From Patescibacteria group bacterium (GTDB taxonomy: Bacteria; Patescibacteriota; Patescibacteriia; JBDRGY01), in contig JBDRGY010000016.1 of NCBI GenBank assembly GCA_043817315.1, positions 69,445 through 133,444 on the forward strand: a stretch of DNA of 64,000 nt. The letters are read 5' to 3'. Below are positions 28,350-38,638 of the stretch, piece after piece. The notes under the pieces are model-generated. The model worked only from the letters and a program-made list of their open reading frames with translations, was not told the origin of the DNA and did no database searches. Numbering within the stretch: the stretch's first letter is position 1; each line of letters opens with the position of its first letter. The translations under genes and the position numbers were made by a program.

Positions 28350-29411
28350 ATGTCATTTTCTGTTGGTATCATCGGTCTGCCCAATGTGGGCAAATCCACC
28401 CTATTTAAAGCCCTGACCAAAAAACAGGTGGATATTTCTAATTACCCCTTTACCACCATTGAACCCAATGTGGGAGTAGTGGCCGTGCCTGATCAACGTT
28501 TGGATAGGCTGGCTGAACTTTTTAAGCCGGATAAGGTGTTACCGACCCATATTGAATTCGTAGACATTGCCGGGCTAGTAAAAAACGCTCACCAAGGAGA
28601 GGGATTGGGCAATCAATTTCTGGCTCAGATCAGAGAGGTAAAAGCCATTGCTCATCTGGTCCGTGTATTTTCCGATAAAAATGTGGCTCATGTCACCGGC
28701 CGAATCCGACCCGAAGACGACATTGCCACAGTCAACCTTGAACTAATCATGGCTGATCTTGATACGGTCGATAAAAGGCTAGAAGAGGTTAACCCCAAGG
28801 CTAATTCCGGGGAGAAAGAAGCCTTAGGCCAAAAACCAGTTCTAGACAAGATAAAGGCTCATTTGGACGATGGCAATCTAGTAAACACTTTGGAGCTAGC
28901 GGGAGAGGAGTTGGAGCTGATTCAAGATCTCCATCTGTTGACCGCCAAACCGATGCTCTATGTTCTAAATGTCGAAGAAGAGCGGCGCCATCAAGATTTC
29001 CAAATAAAAACCAACCATCCCGTTAACCTAGTAACTCTGTCCGCCAAGCTGGAGGCAGAACTAGTCGATCTGTCTGACCAGGAAGTCAAAGAACTGGGTT
29101 ATCAGGAAACCGGTCTAGATAAATTAATCAGCGGTGCTTACCAACTGCTAAATCTTATCACCTTTTTTACGGCGCAAAGTAATATTCTACAAGCCTGGAC
29201 CATTCCCAAGGGCGCCTCCGCTCAAGATGCAGCCGGTCAAATCCACACTGACTTTGCCGAAGGATTTATCAGAGCAGATATCATCAATTGGCAGGACTTG
29301 ATAAAAGCTGGCTCGGAGAAATTGGCCCATGACCAGGGGAAAATAAAAACTGTAGGCAAAGAACATCTTATCCAAGACGGTGACGTGATTAAGTTTAAAA
29401 TTGATAAATAA
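28350..29411 (+). CDS. ychF: Obg-like ATPase YchF
   Basis: GIIGLPNVGKSTLF, NYPFTTIEPN, DIAGLV, GEGLGNQFL, IHTDF..GFI.A. Confidence 0.96.
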   Translation: MSFSVGIIGLPNVGKSTLFKALTKKQVDISNYPFTTIEPNVGVVAVPDQRLDRLAELFKPDKVLPTHIEFVDIAGLVKNAHQGEGLGNQFLAQIREVKAIAHLVRVFSDKNVAHVTGRIRPEDDIATVNLELIMADLDTVDKRLEEVNPKANSGEKEALGQKPVLDKIKAHLDDGNLVNTLELAGEELELIQDLHLLTAKPMLYVLNVEEERRHQDFQIKTNHPVNLVTLSAKLEAELVDLSDQEVKELGYQETGLDKLISGAYQLLNLITFFTAQSNILQAWTIPKGASAQDAAGQIHTDFAEGFIRADIINWQDLIKAGSEKLAHDQGKIKTVGKEHLIQDGDVIKFKIDK

Positions 29412-29462
29412 TATTAAAAAAGCAAACAGGAGATTGTTTGCCTTTTTTTATTCAATATTTTC

Positions 29463-32400
29463 TTAAAAAAAGCCAGCCGCTATAGTAACTCCGCCTGTAT
29501 AGGAGACGTCATAGGCCAAAAATTCTGGCGACAATAACCGTCCTTCCTGGTTGTAGATCCTGATATAGGAAGCCCCTGAGCCCCCGACCCCCGTAATGAT
29601 CTCATCGTAGCCATTTCCGTTGGTGTCAACGGCCGTAACCGACACACCACCCCTTGAAGCCTCATCAAAGGCCATAAAACCAGGACTTAGTATTTCATAG
29701 GCCTGACTACGTCCCACCCCGAATATTCTGACATGGGGTCCGCCACTGCTGACAATTCCCGTTATGGTCTCTTGCTTGCCATCGTTATTGACGTCACCGG
29801 CACAAGAAGTGATGCCGCCTCTAAAACTTTCCTCATAGGCCATAATTCCTAAAGTAACTGGTGTATAGCGCCCTTCCCTCATGCCAAATATCCTGATATG
29901 AGGACCACCTCGGCTAGTGGGCGTAGTTATCAATTCGCTGATACCGTCACCATCCACGTCAGCAATGGAGACAGCAATTCCACCTCGAAAATTTACATCG
30001 TAAGCCATAAAATTCTCAGTGGTCGGAACTATCTCTCCGTTTCTCAGGCCGAATATTCTGACATTGGGACTGCCGCCACTGATTGGAGCCACTGCTATTT
30101 CATAGAGACCATCGCCTTCAATATCACCCACCCCGATATTGATACCGCCTTTAAAATTGGCGTCATAAGCGTCAAAATCCCAACCCAGATTGTTGCCGTC
30201 AACATCAAAAACCTTGATAGTAGGAACACCGCCCTCTCTGGTACTGGTAATTATTTCTGAAATTCCGTCACCATTGATGTCTCCTACAGCCACATTGATT
30301 CCTCCCCAAAAATCCATATCATAAGCGTAGAAATAATTTACCATCGTACCGTCAGTATTTAAAACACCAACTAGTGATTGACCATTTGACTTGGGGCCAG
30401 TAACAATGTAACGGTTGAGGGTATAAATATAAGTAAAGTAGGTGCCGTCAGAAATGTTATCCAGATCATCTACTGATTTTAGATGCAAATAGTAGGTGCC
30501 GTTGGCCGTCAGGGTAGGGACACTGAAATTAGTTCCAGTCTGGAAGGAACCGTCTTCGGCATCGGCAGTCAAGTCAGTTGATAGGTTCACATAATAACCT
30601 TTAATATCACTGGCAGCATCTACCGCCGCACTCCAGGTAAAGTAGGGTTGGGGGTGGCGATAGGAAACAGTGGCGGGATCAGACAACGCCTCCGTAGCTG
30701 TGCTGCTTGAGTAAACAGAATAAGTGGTAGGATCGGTAGGGCCTGTTTTGTCGATATTGGCGACTGTGGCTGTTGCACTTCCCGGGTTGCCGATTGAGTC
30801 AGCAAATTCAAAGGTGAAGCTGCCGTTTGCGGTAAATGTATATGTGGTAGCACCACTGTTGTTGGTTACAGTAACAGTTTCACTGGGCACTAAAGTGGCC
30901 ACCACGCTTTGATTAGTCGCGGCAGTGGTCGAATAGCTAATGGTGGCAGTGGGGGCTGTGGCATCGGTCTGGCTAAGCGCGTTATTGGCGTTGATCCGAC
31001 CACCGGTTTTAACTTTTCCGGTTAATGAGCTTTTGGTTTCAACATTATCGAGAATGGCATCTTTTATACCGGCATAGGTGTAATTGGGATTATATGACTT
31101 TAGTAAAGCAGCTAATCCGGCTACGTGCGGTGCTGCCATCGAAGTCCCGTTCATGTATGCATAGTTCTGTAGAGCAACAGTCGGATAGATAATCCTAATG
31201 TCATCAATTGCCGCTCCAAAATAATTGCTGTCTGATCCATTGGTCTCCCAGGTAAATCTCACTTTCATATTGCTATCTTTGTAGCTGGAAACATTAAATC
31301 CGCCAGTCCCCGATGTGGCTGAGCCGCAATAATATCCTAGTTCGGTCCAAGAACTACCGTTATAAACATCAGCCGACAGATAATCATTAAAGCATAGGGT
31401 TGAATCCTCTGCTTCCACATAATAATAGTATTGAAAAATAACGGTACTTTGTCCGGCAGTGTTAATGGCATCCGAGGTTAATACCCCGTCAGAGCTAGTC
31501 TGATAGGGGGAATAAGAAGTGTCACCATAAGCCCAGACATTGCCACTGGCAGTATCGGTCATCCAATAGTTATTGGTGCCGCTGCTGGTAAAATCCGTGC
31601 CATTAAAGCCCGGCTGGACGGCATTTTCGAACCCTTCATCGAATTCAAAATAAGGCACGGTGCTATATATATTAACTCCAGGAGCAGCCACATCAACTGA
31701 GGTGGTGCCATAATTGGAAAAGCCGGCCAAACTATCGTTTTGATCGGTGGCGGCCACTGAAATTATATTATCCAGATCATAATCAGAGGGATATTGATGA
31801 GTTCCTCCATCGTTGTTAGTAGCGTCATTGCCAGCTGCTGCCACTATCAAACAGTCGTAAGTAGTCATACCCTCCTCTATGGCGTCATACATGGCCTGCG
31901 AATAGCCAGATCCCCCTAGGCTCATGTTGATAACATCAGCTCCTTGGTCATAGGCTTCGTAAATTCCAGAAACGATATCAGCGTTCGTCCCGAAACCCGT
32001 CAGCCCCAATACCCTGATTGGCACAATTTTGATATCCGATCCAAATCCGGCAATCCCCTGTCCGTTATCAGCTACGGCCGCAATCACCCCGGCAACGTGA
32101 GTGCCGTGATCCAGAAAATCGTAGGCATTGGCATCGTCATCTACAAAGTCATATCCTTGTTCAATTTGAGAACTCAATTCGGGGTGGTATAGAGCTACTC
32201 CGCTATCAATCACGGCTACTGTTGCTTCGGAAGTACTGGCACCGGCCACAACATCCCAGGCGGCCGGCATGTCAATATCGGCATCGGCAGTGCCGGCGGT
32301 ACCGTTGACGGTCTGTCCTGTATTGTGTAGGCCCCACTGAACACCGTAATAGGTGTCGTTGGGGGTACTGGAGGCTTGATAAATATAATTAGGCTCTACA

Positions 32401-32747
32401 TACTCGACAAGCGGATTATCAATTAGGCCCTCGACAAGCTGCTGGGTGGTTTGACTATCAGATTTTAGTAAAGTAATGTTTTGTCTGGCTAATCTGGTTT
32501 TTTCCGTAAGATTTTCGCCCCGAGCCAGTGCTGTCATTTTATTTATTCCCCGGGACTGATTGAGGTCCAGATCGCTTTTCTTAAATTTCACCAGCACTTC
32601 TCCCTCTATATAGTCAGCCTTTTGTCTGTCGAACTCGGGCAATCGACCAACGCTGGAGCTGGCCGTTAATCGAGGAAATAAAATTAAAACAGCTATCCCA
32701 AAAATTAGAATAGCCCCAAGTCGTTTTATTTTTTTTGAGATAACCAT
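29463..32747 (-). CDS. Secreted S8 subtilisin-like serine protease with inserted beta-sandwich domain and C-terminal FG-GAP repeats
   Basis: Triad motifs VIDSG, HGTHVAG, GTSMAAP; propeptide VEYVEPNY; FG-GAP tail. Confidence 0.9.
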   Translation of the reverse strand: MVISKKIKRLGAILIFGIAVLILFPRLTASSSVGRLPEFDRQKADYIEGEVLVKFKKSDLDLNQSRGINKMTALARGENLTEKTRLARQNITLLKSDSQTTQQLVEGLIDNPLVEYVEPNYIYQASSTPNDTYYGVQWGLHNTGQTVNGTAGTADADIDMPAAWDVVAGASTSEATVAVIDSGVALYHPELSSQIEQGYDFVDDDANAYDFLDHGTHVAGVIAAVADNGQGIAGFGSDIKIVPIRVLGLTGFGTNADIVSGIYEAYDQGADVINMSLGGSGYSQAMYDAIEEGMTTYDCLIVAAAGNDATNNDGGTHQYPSDYDLDNIISVAATDQNDSLAGFSNYGTTSVDVAAPGVNIYSTVPYFEFDEGFENAVQPGFNGTDFTSSGTNNYWMTDTASGNVWAYGDTSYSPYQTSSDGVLTSDAINTAGQSTVIFQYYYYVEAEDSTLCFNDYLSADVYNGSSWTELGYYCGSATSGTGGFNVSSYKDSNMKVRFTWETNGSDSNYFGAAIDDIRIIYPTVALQNYAYMNGTSMAAPHVAGLAALLKSYNPNYTYAGIKDAILDNVETKSSLTGKVKTGGRINANNALSQTDATAPTATISYSTTAATNQSVVATLVPSETVTVTNNSGATTYTFTANGSFTFEFADSIGNPGSATATVANIDKTGPTDPTTYSVYSSSTATEALSDPATVSYRHPQPYFTWSAAVDAASDIKGYYVNLSTDLTADAEDGSFQTGTNFSVPTLTANGTYYLHLKSVDDLDNISDGTYFTYIYTLNRYIVTGPKSNGQSLVGVLNTDGTMVNYFYAYDMDFWGGINVAVGDINGDGISEIITSTREGGVPTIKVFDVDGNNLGWDFDAYDANFKGGINIGVGDIEGDGLYEIAVAPISGGSPNVRIFGLRNGEIVPTTENFMAYDVNFRGGIAVSIADVDGDGISELITTPTSRGGPHIRIFGMREGRYTPVTLGIMAYEESFRGGITSCAGDVNNDGKQETITGIVSSGGPHVRIFGVGRSQAYEILSPGFMAFDEASRGGVSVTAVDTNGNGYDEIITGVGGSGASYIRIYNQEGRLLSPEFLAYDVSYTGGVTIAAGFF

Positions 32748-32828
32748 GTGTTGTAATTGGTTACTTTCTTATAGTCAATATTATAACTCGGTTTGACCAA
32801 AATTGACAATTGTCTAGTAGCATATACT

Positions 32829-33881
32829 CTACAAATCAATGGTGGTTTGATCCACGATTAACCTGGCTAAAACATTTTCTTGGATTGTTTTATCTCCCCA
32901 GGTTGGTTGGTGATAATCAACAATTTTAATTGGTTTAAATTCAATATTGCTGATATTTTTATCCTGAAGAGTCACTTTAACCACTACTCCTTCAGTGGTG
33001 GGGACAGACCATTCCTGGTCAAATACAAAATTGCCTAAACTATAAAATATATGGCCTCCCTCATATTGTTCATAAGTCTGTACCACATGGGGGTGATGAC
33101 CGATCACTAAATCGGCTCCGGCATCTATGGCCGCTCGGGCAAAATCAATTTGTTGTTGGCCGGGTGTATAAACATACTCGGCCCCAGAGTGCATAGAAAC
33201 AATTACCAGGTCAGCCTGTTGCCCGGCTCTATTTACGTCGTCGATCATTATATCAATGTCCATATTATTGGTACCCATTTTAGTGGTACTGGCCAAATTT
33301 GAATTGGGATAGGCATAGCCAAGATAAGCGAATTTTAGGCCATTCCTCTCAATACTTACCGCATGATGAGATTGATCGCTGTCAAAACCAGCGCCACAAT
33401 ATTCGATATTGTTGTCACTCAAGATATTCATAGTGTATTCCATACCAGCCGTTCCTTGATCACCGAAATGATTGTTGGCTAAGGTTACGATGTCGATTCC
33501 GGCCAGATTTATCCCTTCGATTGTCTGGGGCAGGGCTCGAAAAACGACACTGCCGTTGGGAGTGGCGCTACCTCCGTCATACAGGGGAGATTCCAAATTG
33601 ATAAAGGCTATATCCGCTTGAGAGAATTGTTCGGCTATTTCTAAAAACGGTCTAGTCCAGTCTTGATATTTCAGCATTTTCTGCTCTACTGTCCTGGCCA
33701 ACATTACATCACCCCCAAATATTAGACTGGTCTGGACCGGATCAGTATTTGTAATCGTCTCAGAATAATAGTCTTCAACCTTCCATCCTTCCAAGCTTCT
33801 GTCATTGGGGAATAAAATAAAAGCAATTACGCTCAGGGCACCAATACCAATTGCAATAATAATGTTTAGGTTATTTTTCAT
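32829..33881 (-). CDS. CapA/PGA_cap family metallophosphoesterase-fold protein, membrane-anchored
   Basis: GGDVML, NLESP, LANNH..D.G, SMHSG.EY, GHHPHVVQ, YSLGNFVFDQ. ATG 33881 overlaps the upstream TGA. Confidence 0.9.
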   Translation of the reverse strand: MKNNLNIIIAIGIGALSVIAFILFPNDRSLEGWKVEDYYSETITNTDPVQTSLIFGGDVMLARTVEQKMLKYQDWTRPFLEIAEQFSQADIAFINLESPLYDGGSATPNGSVVFRALPQTIEGINLAGIDIVTLANNHFGDQGTAGMEYTMNILSDNNIEYCGAGFDSDQSHHAVSIERNGLKFAYLGYAYPNSNLASTTKMGTNNMDIDIMIDDVNRAGQQADLVIVSMHSGAEYVYTPGQQQIDFARAAIDAGADLVIGHHPHVVQTYEQYEGGHIFYSLGNFVFDQEWSVPTTEGVVVKVTLQDKNISNIEFKPIKIVDYHQPTWGDKTIQENVLARLIVDQTTIDL

Positions 33882-35041
33882 CTTTTGCGCCAAACAAATA
33901 TTTGTCTTAATACTTTTTGCCTGGGCCGCTCGTAAATTATTGAATTACTATTATTCTTTCCTGGGGCCAGACACTCGGCCCTAAAACCGATTTCCTCAAC
34001 TTGCTTGGCAATAGGAAGGTGTAGTAATCTTGTGCCAACCCTCCAAACAGGGAAGATTACCACCAAGGGTGTTCCCGAGGCAACTACTTGACTGGCCGCC
34101 CGGAAAAAACCAAGATATAGACGGCTTAATTCTCTGATTATGTCTGGCAGTTGATTTTCTTGCCAGCGGGAAGGGCCCAGATAGGGTTCAGTAATAATGG
34201 AGTCGGGCTTTGGTATTTGATCATAAATCACCCGACTATCAGATTCTATCAATTTGTAGTTGGCCCGGAGGGAATATTCTTGGAGAAGCCATTTTAGATT
34301 ATCTTTGGTATCACTTATTGCCTTCTTAGAAATATCTGAGCCAACTAAATTCTGATAACCCATTAATATGGCCTCTTGCAATATGGTGCCAGAGCCGCAA
34401 AAGGGGTCAAGCAACAATGCTTCTTTCTTTGTTTGGGCCAGATTAATCATCATCTTGGCCAGTTTGGGTGGCAACATACCAGATCGGCTATCACGACTGG
34501 GGCGACCGTAGTCGCGTCGGCTGTACTCTTCAAATTCTTGGACCACTTCGGTCAGACCAACGATGATATCTTGGTTATCGGGCAATAAGACGAACTCTGC
34601 GCCTTTTTTGATCAGCTTATTTTTGGCTACAACCACGCTGGAAAGAACTGGTTCCTTGGACACAACAAATCGTGAGCTTTTTCCTTTCCCCTTCAGCCTT
34701 TTCTTGATCTGCAATCCAAGATTTCGCACTTGCTGCCTGGTCTTCCGGTCACTCCCGTAGTAGCTTATACCAAAGATTGGTCGATCTTGCTCCGATAGAC
34801 CTTTTTCCCAAAAGGGGTTCGTTAATATCTGTTCGGCACTAATCCTGGCAATAACCTTGCCAATCTTGATAGTGCCCCCCAATTGCCTGATAACCTTTAC
34901 AGAATCAATTTGGCTATCCGGCTGGACCACTAAGTACTCCATGTCGTATTGGTACGATTTTGAAGTCAGCCCCAGATAGCTGATTATCTCCCAGGCAGAA
35001 AGTTGGGGTACCTTTCCTAGGATAAAAAAATACTGTGACAT
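33878..35041 (-). CDS. Trm11/TrmG10-like RNA methyltransferase (THUMP-like N-terminus plus UPF0020-type domain)
   Basis: GMLPPKLAKMMINL, LLDPFCGSGTIL.EA, GSDI, ITEPYLG. Confidence 0.7.
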   Translation of the reverse strand: MSQYFFILGKVPQLSAWEIISYLGLTSKSYQYDMEYLVVQPDSQIDSVKVIRQLGGTIKIGKVIARISAEQILTNPFWEKGLSEQDRPIFGISYYGSDRKTRQQVRNLGLQIKKRLKGKGKSSRFVVSKEPVLSSVVVAKNKLIKKGAEFVLLPDNQDIIVGLTEVVQEFEEYSRRDYGRPSRDSRSGMLPPKLAKMMINLAQTKKEALLLDPFCGSGTILQEAILMGYQNLVGSDISKKAISDTKDNLKWLLQEYSLRANYKLIESDSRVIYDQIPKPDSIITEPYLGPSRWQENQLPDIIRELSRLYLGFFRAASQVVASGTPLVVIFPVWRVGTRLLHLPIAKQVEEIGFRAECLAPGKNNSNSIIYERPRQKVLRQIFVWRKR

Positions 35042-35152
35042 ACCTATATATTAGCGGTATTTTAGACTCTTGTCATTTCCAGGAGGCTGTGATAAACTGA
35101 TTTTACTAGCCAATTTGGCATTTTTTAATAAATAATATCCGCCAAGGTAATC

Positions 35153-35596
35153 ATGACAAACTACGAATTACTGTTTATTGTTCCAGCCAAAATATCAGAT
35201 AAAGAGATCTCCCAGGTAGCTGAGAAGGTGGCCAAAATCATTGCCGAAGAAGGGGGGTCTATCACCAAGGAAGACAACCTGGGAAGGTTTAAATTATCTT
35301 ACCCCATTAAGAAAAATGATGTGGGTACCTATTTACTTTTTCAATTTGATGGCGATAACAGTATAGTCGCCAAGTTAGAAAAGATTTTCAAACTTACCCC
35401 TGAGCTGCTGCGCTATATTATTACTATTACTCCCCCGTTTAGAGAAAAAGCAGTCAGGGAGCCCAGGACGCCTGAATTGACCCAAAAGCCCAAGGATAGC
35501 AAAACCAAGCGGACCGCTAAGACCAAGACCAAAATTAGTCTCGAAGACCTGGAAGAAAAACTGGATACTATTTTAGATGATGATATACTAAAATAA
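35153..35596 (+). CDS. rpsF: 30S ribosomal protein S6
   Basis: [20 protein letters not shown]; precedes ssb-rpsR. Confidence 0.92.
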   Translation: MTNYELLFIVPAKISDKEISQVAEKVAKIIAEEGGSITKEDNLGRFKLSYPIKKNDVGTYLLFQFDGDNSIVAKLEKIFKLTPELLRYIITITPPFREKAVREPRTPELTQKPKDSKTKRTAKTKTKISLEDLEEKLDTILDDDILK

Positions 35597-35618
35597 TTTA
35601 CTATTAATATATAAAAAG

Positions 35619-36041
35619 ATGAATTTGAATAAAGCCATGATCATCGGCAATCTGACCCGGGACCCCGAAACCCGCAATTTGCCATCTGGTCAAAATGTTG
35701 CTTCTTTTTCTGTAGCCACCAATCGTCGCTGGAAAGACGGAAAAACCGGAGAAGCAAAAGAGGCCGCTGAGTTTCATAACATTGTGGCCTGGGGAAAATT
35801 AGCTGACATATGCGGCCAGTACCTAAAAAAGGGCAGCAAGGTTTACCTTGAAGGGAGATTACAGACTCGTTCTTGGGACGATCAAAGCGGCAATAAGAAG
35901 TACCGCACCGAAATCGTTGCTGAAAACATGATTATGCTGGATCGAGCCGGATCAGTGCCGGAGATGAAGGATTCTCCCAAGCCTGCCAAGGGTGATGAGC
36001 CCAAAGAAGAAGAAATTAGCGTAGAGGATATCCCTTTCTAA
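35619..36041 (+). CDS. ssb: Single-stranded DNA-binding protein
   Basis: [25 protein letters not shown]-terminal EDIPF. Confidence 0.97.
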   Translation: MNLNKAMIIGNLTRDPETRNLPSGQNVASFSVATNRRWKDGKTGEAKEAAEFHNIVAWGKLADICGQYLKKGSKVYLEGRLQTRSWDDQSGNKKYRTEIVAENMIMLDRAGSVPEMKDSPKPAKGDEPKEEEISVEDIPF

Positions 36042-36042
36042 T

Positions 36043-36264
36043 ATGCCAAAACCACCACCGAAAAACCGAGAGTGTCATTTCTGTTCTCTGGGAGAGAAAG
36101 AAATAGATTACAAGGACATCAAAACCTTGCAACGTTATACTTCTTCCTATGGCAAGATTCTTCCCCGAAAAAAAAGCGGGATCTGTGCCAAGCATCAGAG
36201 AAAATTAGCTCAAGCTATTAAAAGAGCTCGCTATATGGCTCTTTTGCCTTTTACTACCAGGTAA
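36043..36264 (+). CDS. rpsR: 30S ribosomal protein S18 (Zn-binding C+ form)
   Basis: CHFC, IDYKD, GKILPR, CAKHQR..AIKRAR. Confidence 0.96.
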   Translation: MPKPPPKNRECHFCSLGEKEIDYKDIKTLQRYTSSYGKILPRKKSGICAKHQRKLAQAIKRARYMALLPFTTR

Positions 36265-36308
36265 TTTTTTAGCAATAAGAACAGTTCTTATTTTTTTATT
36301 GGCCGAAT

Positions 36309-36869
36309 ATGCTGTCCATGAACGATCTAAAAGTAAGTAGTATTATCGCGGTTGACGATCAGCCCTATGTTGTTTTATCTGCCCAACACGTCCAGATGGG
36401 AAGGGGCGGTGCAATCCTAAGAACTAAAATAAAAAACCTGATTAGCGGACAAGTTCTGGAAAAGACCTATAAATCAGGAGATAAAATTGACCAGGCAGAT
36501 TTAACCTTTCGGCAGTCTAGTTTTCTTTATAAAGAGGATGACCAATACTATTTTATGGACACGGAAAGCTATGAGCAATTCTTTTTGGCTGAGAAGGTAA
36601 TCGGTGATTATCGTAACTTTCTAAATGAAGGTCTAGTGCTAAAAACCATGCTTTTTCAGGACAAGCCTGTGTCCATAGAGTTGCCTAGGAAGGTTAAGCT
36701 CAAGGTAATCCAAACTGAGCCCGGAACCAGGGGCGACACTGCTCAGGGTTCAGTCACTAAACCGGCCACTCTGGAAACTGGCTATATATTAGGTGTGCCT
36801 CTTTTCGTCAATCAAGACGACACTATAGTGGTCAATACCGAAAGTGGACAGTACGTAGAAAGAGGATAA
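36309..36869 (+). CDS. efp: Elongation factor P
   Basis: HVQMGRGGA, FMD.ESYEQ, PG.RGDTA, KPATLETG, VPLFV. Confidence 0.95.
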   Translation: MLSMNDLKVSSIIAVDDQPYVVLSAQHVQMGRGGAILRTKIKNLISGQVLEKTYKSGDKIDQADLTFRQSSFLYKEDDQYYFMDTESYEQFFLAEKVIGDYRNFLNEGLVLKTMLFQDKPVSIELPRKVKLKVIQTEPGTRGDTAQGSVTKPATLETGYILGVPLFVNQDDTIVVNTESGQYVERG

Positions 36870-36879
36870 AGATAATACA

Positions 36880-36913
36880 AAAAGGTAGATGGTTTAACTG
36901 ACATCTACCTTTT
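36880..36913. terminator. Bidirectional terminator between efp and recA
   Basis: AAAAGGTAGATG...CATCTACCTTTT. Confidence 0.8.
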
Positions 36914-36921
36914 ATATTTGA

Positions 36922-37944
36922 TTATTCCTTTATTTCACTAACAGCCTTTACTATATCATCTCTAATTGCCTTTTGTAGTTTTTTATCTTCTTTCAGTCTC
37001 GCCTTGGCTGCTTCACGCCCTACGCCCAATTTATTCTCTTGATAGGTAAAGGTATTGCCTGATTTATTTATTATTTCGTATTGAACACCCGTATCTAACA
37101 AATCACCCGAAATGGAAATACCTTCATTGTACATAATGTCAAATTCAGTGGTTCTAAATGGTGCAGACACCTTATTCTTAACCACTTTACACTTGACCCT
37201 ATTGCCTACCACTATGTCACCCTTCTTGATCTGGGCAGAACGTCTAACTTCGATACGAACCGAGGAATAGAATTTCAGGGCAGTTCCGCCTGTGGTAGTT
37301 TCGGGATTTCCGAAGTAAACTCCAATCTTCATTCGAGTTTGATTGATAAAGATAACTACTGTTTTAGTTTTGCTGACTACCCCGGTCAGTTTGCGCAAGG
37401 CTTGGCTCATCAATCTGGCCTGCAGGGCCATGTGCTGATCTCCCATCTCGCCTTCAATCTCAGCCCTAGGTGTCAGGGCAGCTACCGAGTCAACTACCGC
37501 CACATCTACCGCATTGGAGCGAACCAGGGTTTCTAATATCTCTAGGGCTTGCTCCCCAGTATCCGGCTGAGAGAGTAATAGCTCATCTACCTTGACCCCG
37601 ATTTTCTTGGCATAAGCCGGATCTAAGGCGTGTTCGGCGTCAATAAAGGCGGCAGTTCCTTTTAGCTTTTGTACTTCGGCTACTATGTGCTGAGCCAAAG
37701 TAGTTTTGCCAGAAGCCTCTGGGCCGAATATTTCTATCACTCGACCACGCGGTACTCCGCCCACGCCCAAGGCTATATCCAATGACAGGCAACCGGTAGG
37801 CACCACATCTACATCCGACCTTCTGGCTTCGCCTAGTAGCATTATGGAACCATCGCCAAATCTTTCTTTGATTTGTTCAATGGCGGCTTGAGCTGCTTTG
37901 TTTTTTTCGTCGAGTTGACTTCGATTTTCCTCTTTAGTACTCAT
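36922..37944 (-). CDS. recA: Recombinase RecA
   Basis: [42 protein letters not shown]. Confidence 0.98.
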   Translation of the reverse strand: MSTKEENRSQLDEKNKAAQAAIEQIKERFGDGSIMLLGEARRSDVDVVPTGCLSLDIALGVGGVPRGRVIEIFGPEASGKTTLAQHIVAEVQKLKGTAAFIDAEHALDPAYAKKIGVKVDELLLSQPDTGEQALEILETLVRSNAVDVAVVDSVAALTPRAEIEGEMGDQHMALQARLMSQALRKLTGVVSKTKTVVIFINQTRMKIGVYFGNPETTTGGTALKFYSSVRIEVRRSAQIKKGDIVVGNRVKCKVVKNKVSAPFRTTEFDIMYNEGISISGDLLDTGVQYEIINKSGNTFTYQENKLGVGREAAKARLKEDKKLQKAIRDDIVKAVSEIKE

Positions 37945-37954
37945 ATTAATATAT

Positions 37955-38632
37955 TTAATTATTATTCCCGTCTTCTTTTTTGTAGAGAATTTGTCTGGTT
38001 ACGACCCTTTCTTGACTGCGTTCTTTGGATACAACAATGGTAATGGTATTAACCCCTTCTTGTAAATCGACAGTTTTTTCAAAGTGACCAGCTGGGTCGG
38101 CTAATACTGTTTGTCCGTTGATAACAATAATTGCCTCTGCCTCGGTCTGGCCAGCTACTATCACTTCAGCTTGATTAATTGTCAGATTGTCGGGCGGGCT
38201 CTCAAGGATTAGCTCGGGGGGGACAAAAATCATCTTAATCTGCAGTCCCAGATAGATCAATATGGCAACTACTATGACCATGATGACTGAGTTGCGGATT
38301 GTTTTGGGAGTAATTATGGATTTCGGCATTTCTTCGGATTTCCGTGGTTTTTTTACTCTGGTTACAATATTACTTTCTTTCTGATACAGACCTAAAACCA
38401 TATCTGGATTAACTTGCATATATTCGGCGTATTTTTTCAAAAAACTTTTAGTATAAATTTCACCAGGCAATCGGTTGTATTCACCTCTTTCTAAAAATTC
38501 AATATACTTTTTTTGAATTCCAAGTTCTTCTTCGATCTGCTCTAAAGAAACATTGGCCTCTTGGCGCATGCGGGCCAACCGCTCCCCCAAAGTAGTACTG
38601 CCGATTACCCTTTTACCACTAAAATCTTTCAT
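37955..38632 (-). CDS. RodZ-like protein (XRE HTH, TM helix, extracellular Ig-like domain)
   Basis: LGERL..MR...[19 protein letters not shown]; TM; [10 protein letters not shown]; located between ftsK and recA. Confidence 0.8.
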   Translation of the reverse strand: MKDFSGKRVIGSTTLGERLARMRQEANVSLEQIEEELGIQKKYIEFLERGEYNRLPGEIYTKSFLKKYAEYMQVNPDMVLGLYQKESNIVTRVKKPRKSEEMPKSIITPKTIRNSVIMVIVVAILIYLGLQIKMIFVPPELILESPPDNLTINQAEVIVAGQTEAEAIIVINGQTVLADPAGHFEKTVDLQEGVNTITIVVSKERSQERVVTRQILYKKEDGNNN

Positions 38633-38638
38633 ACTCCT

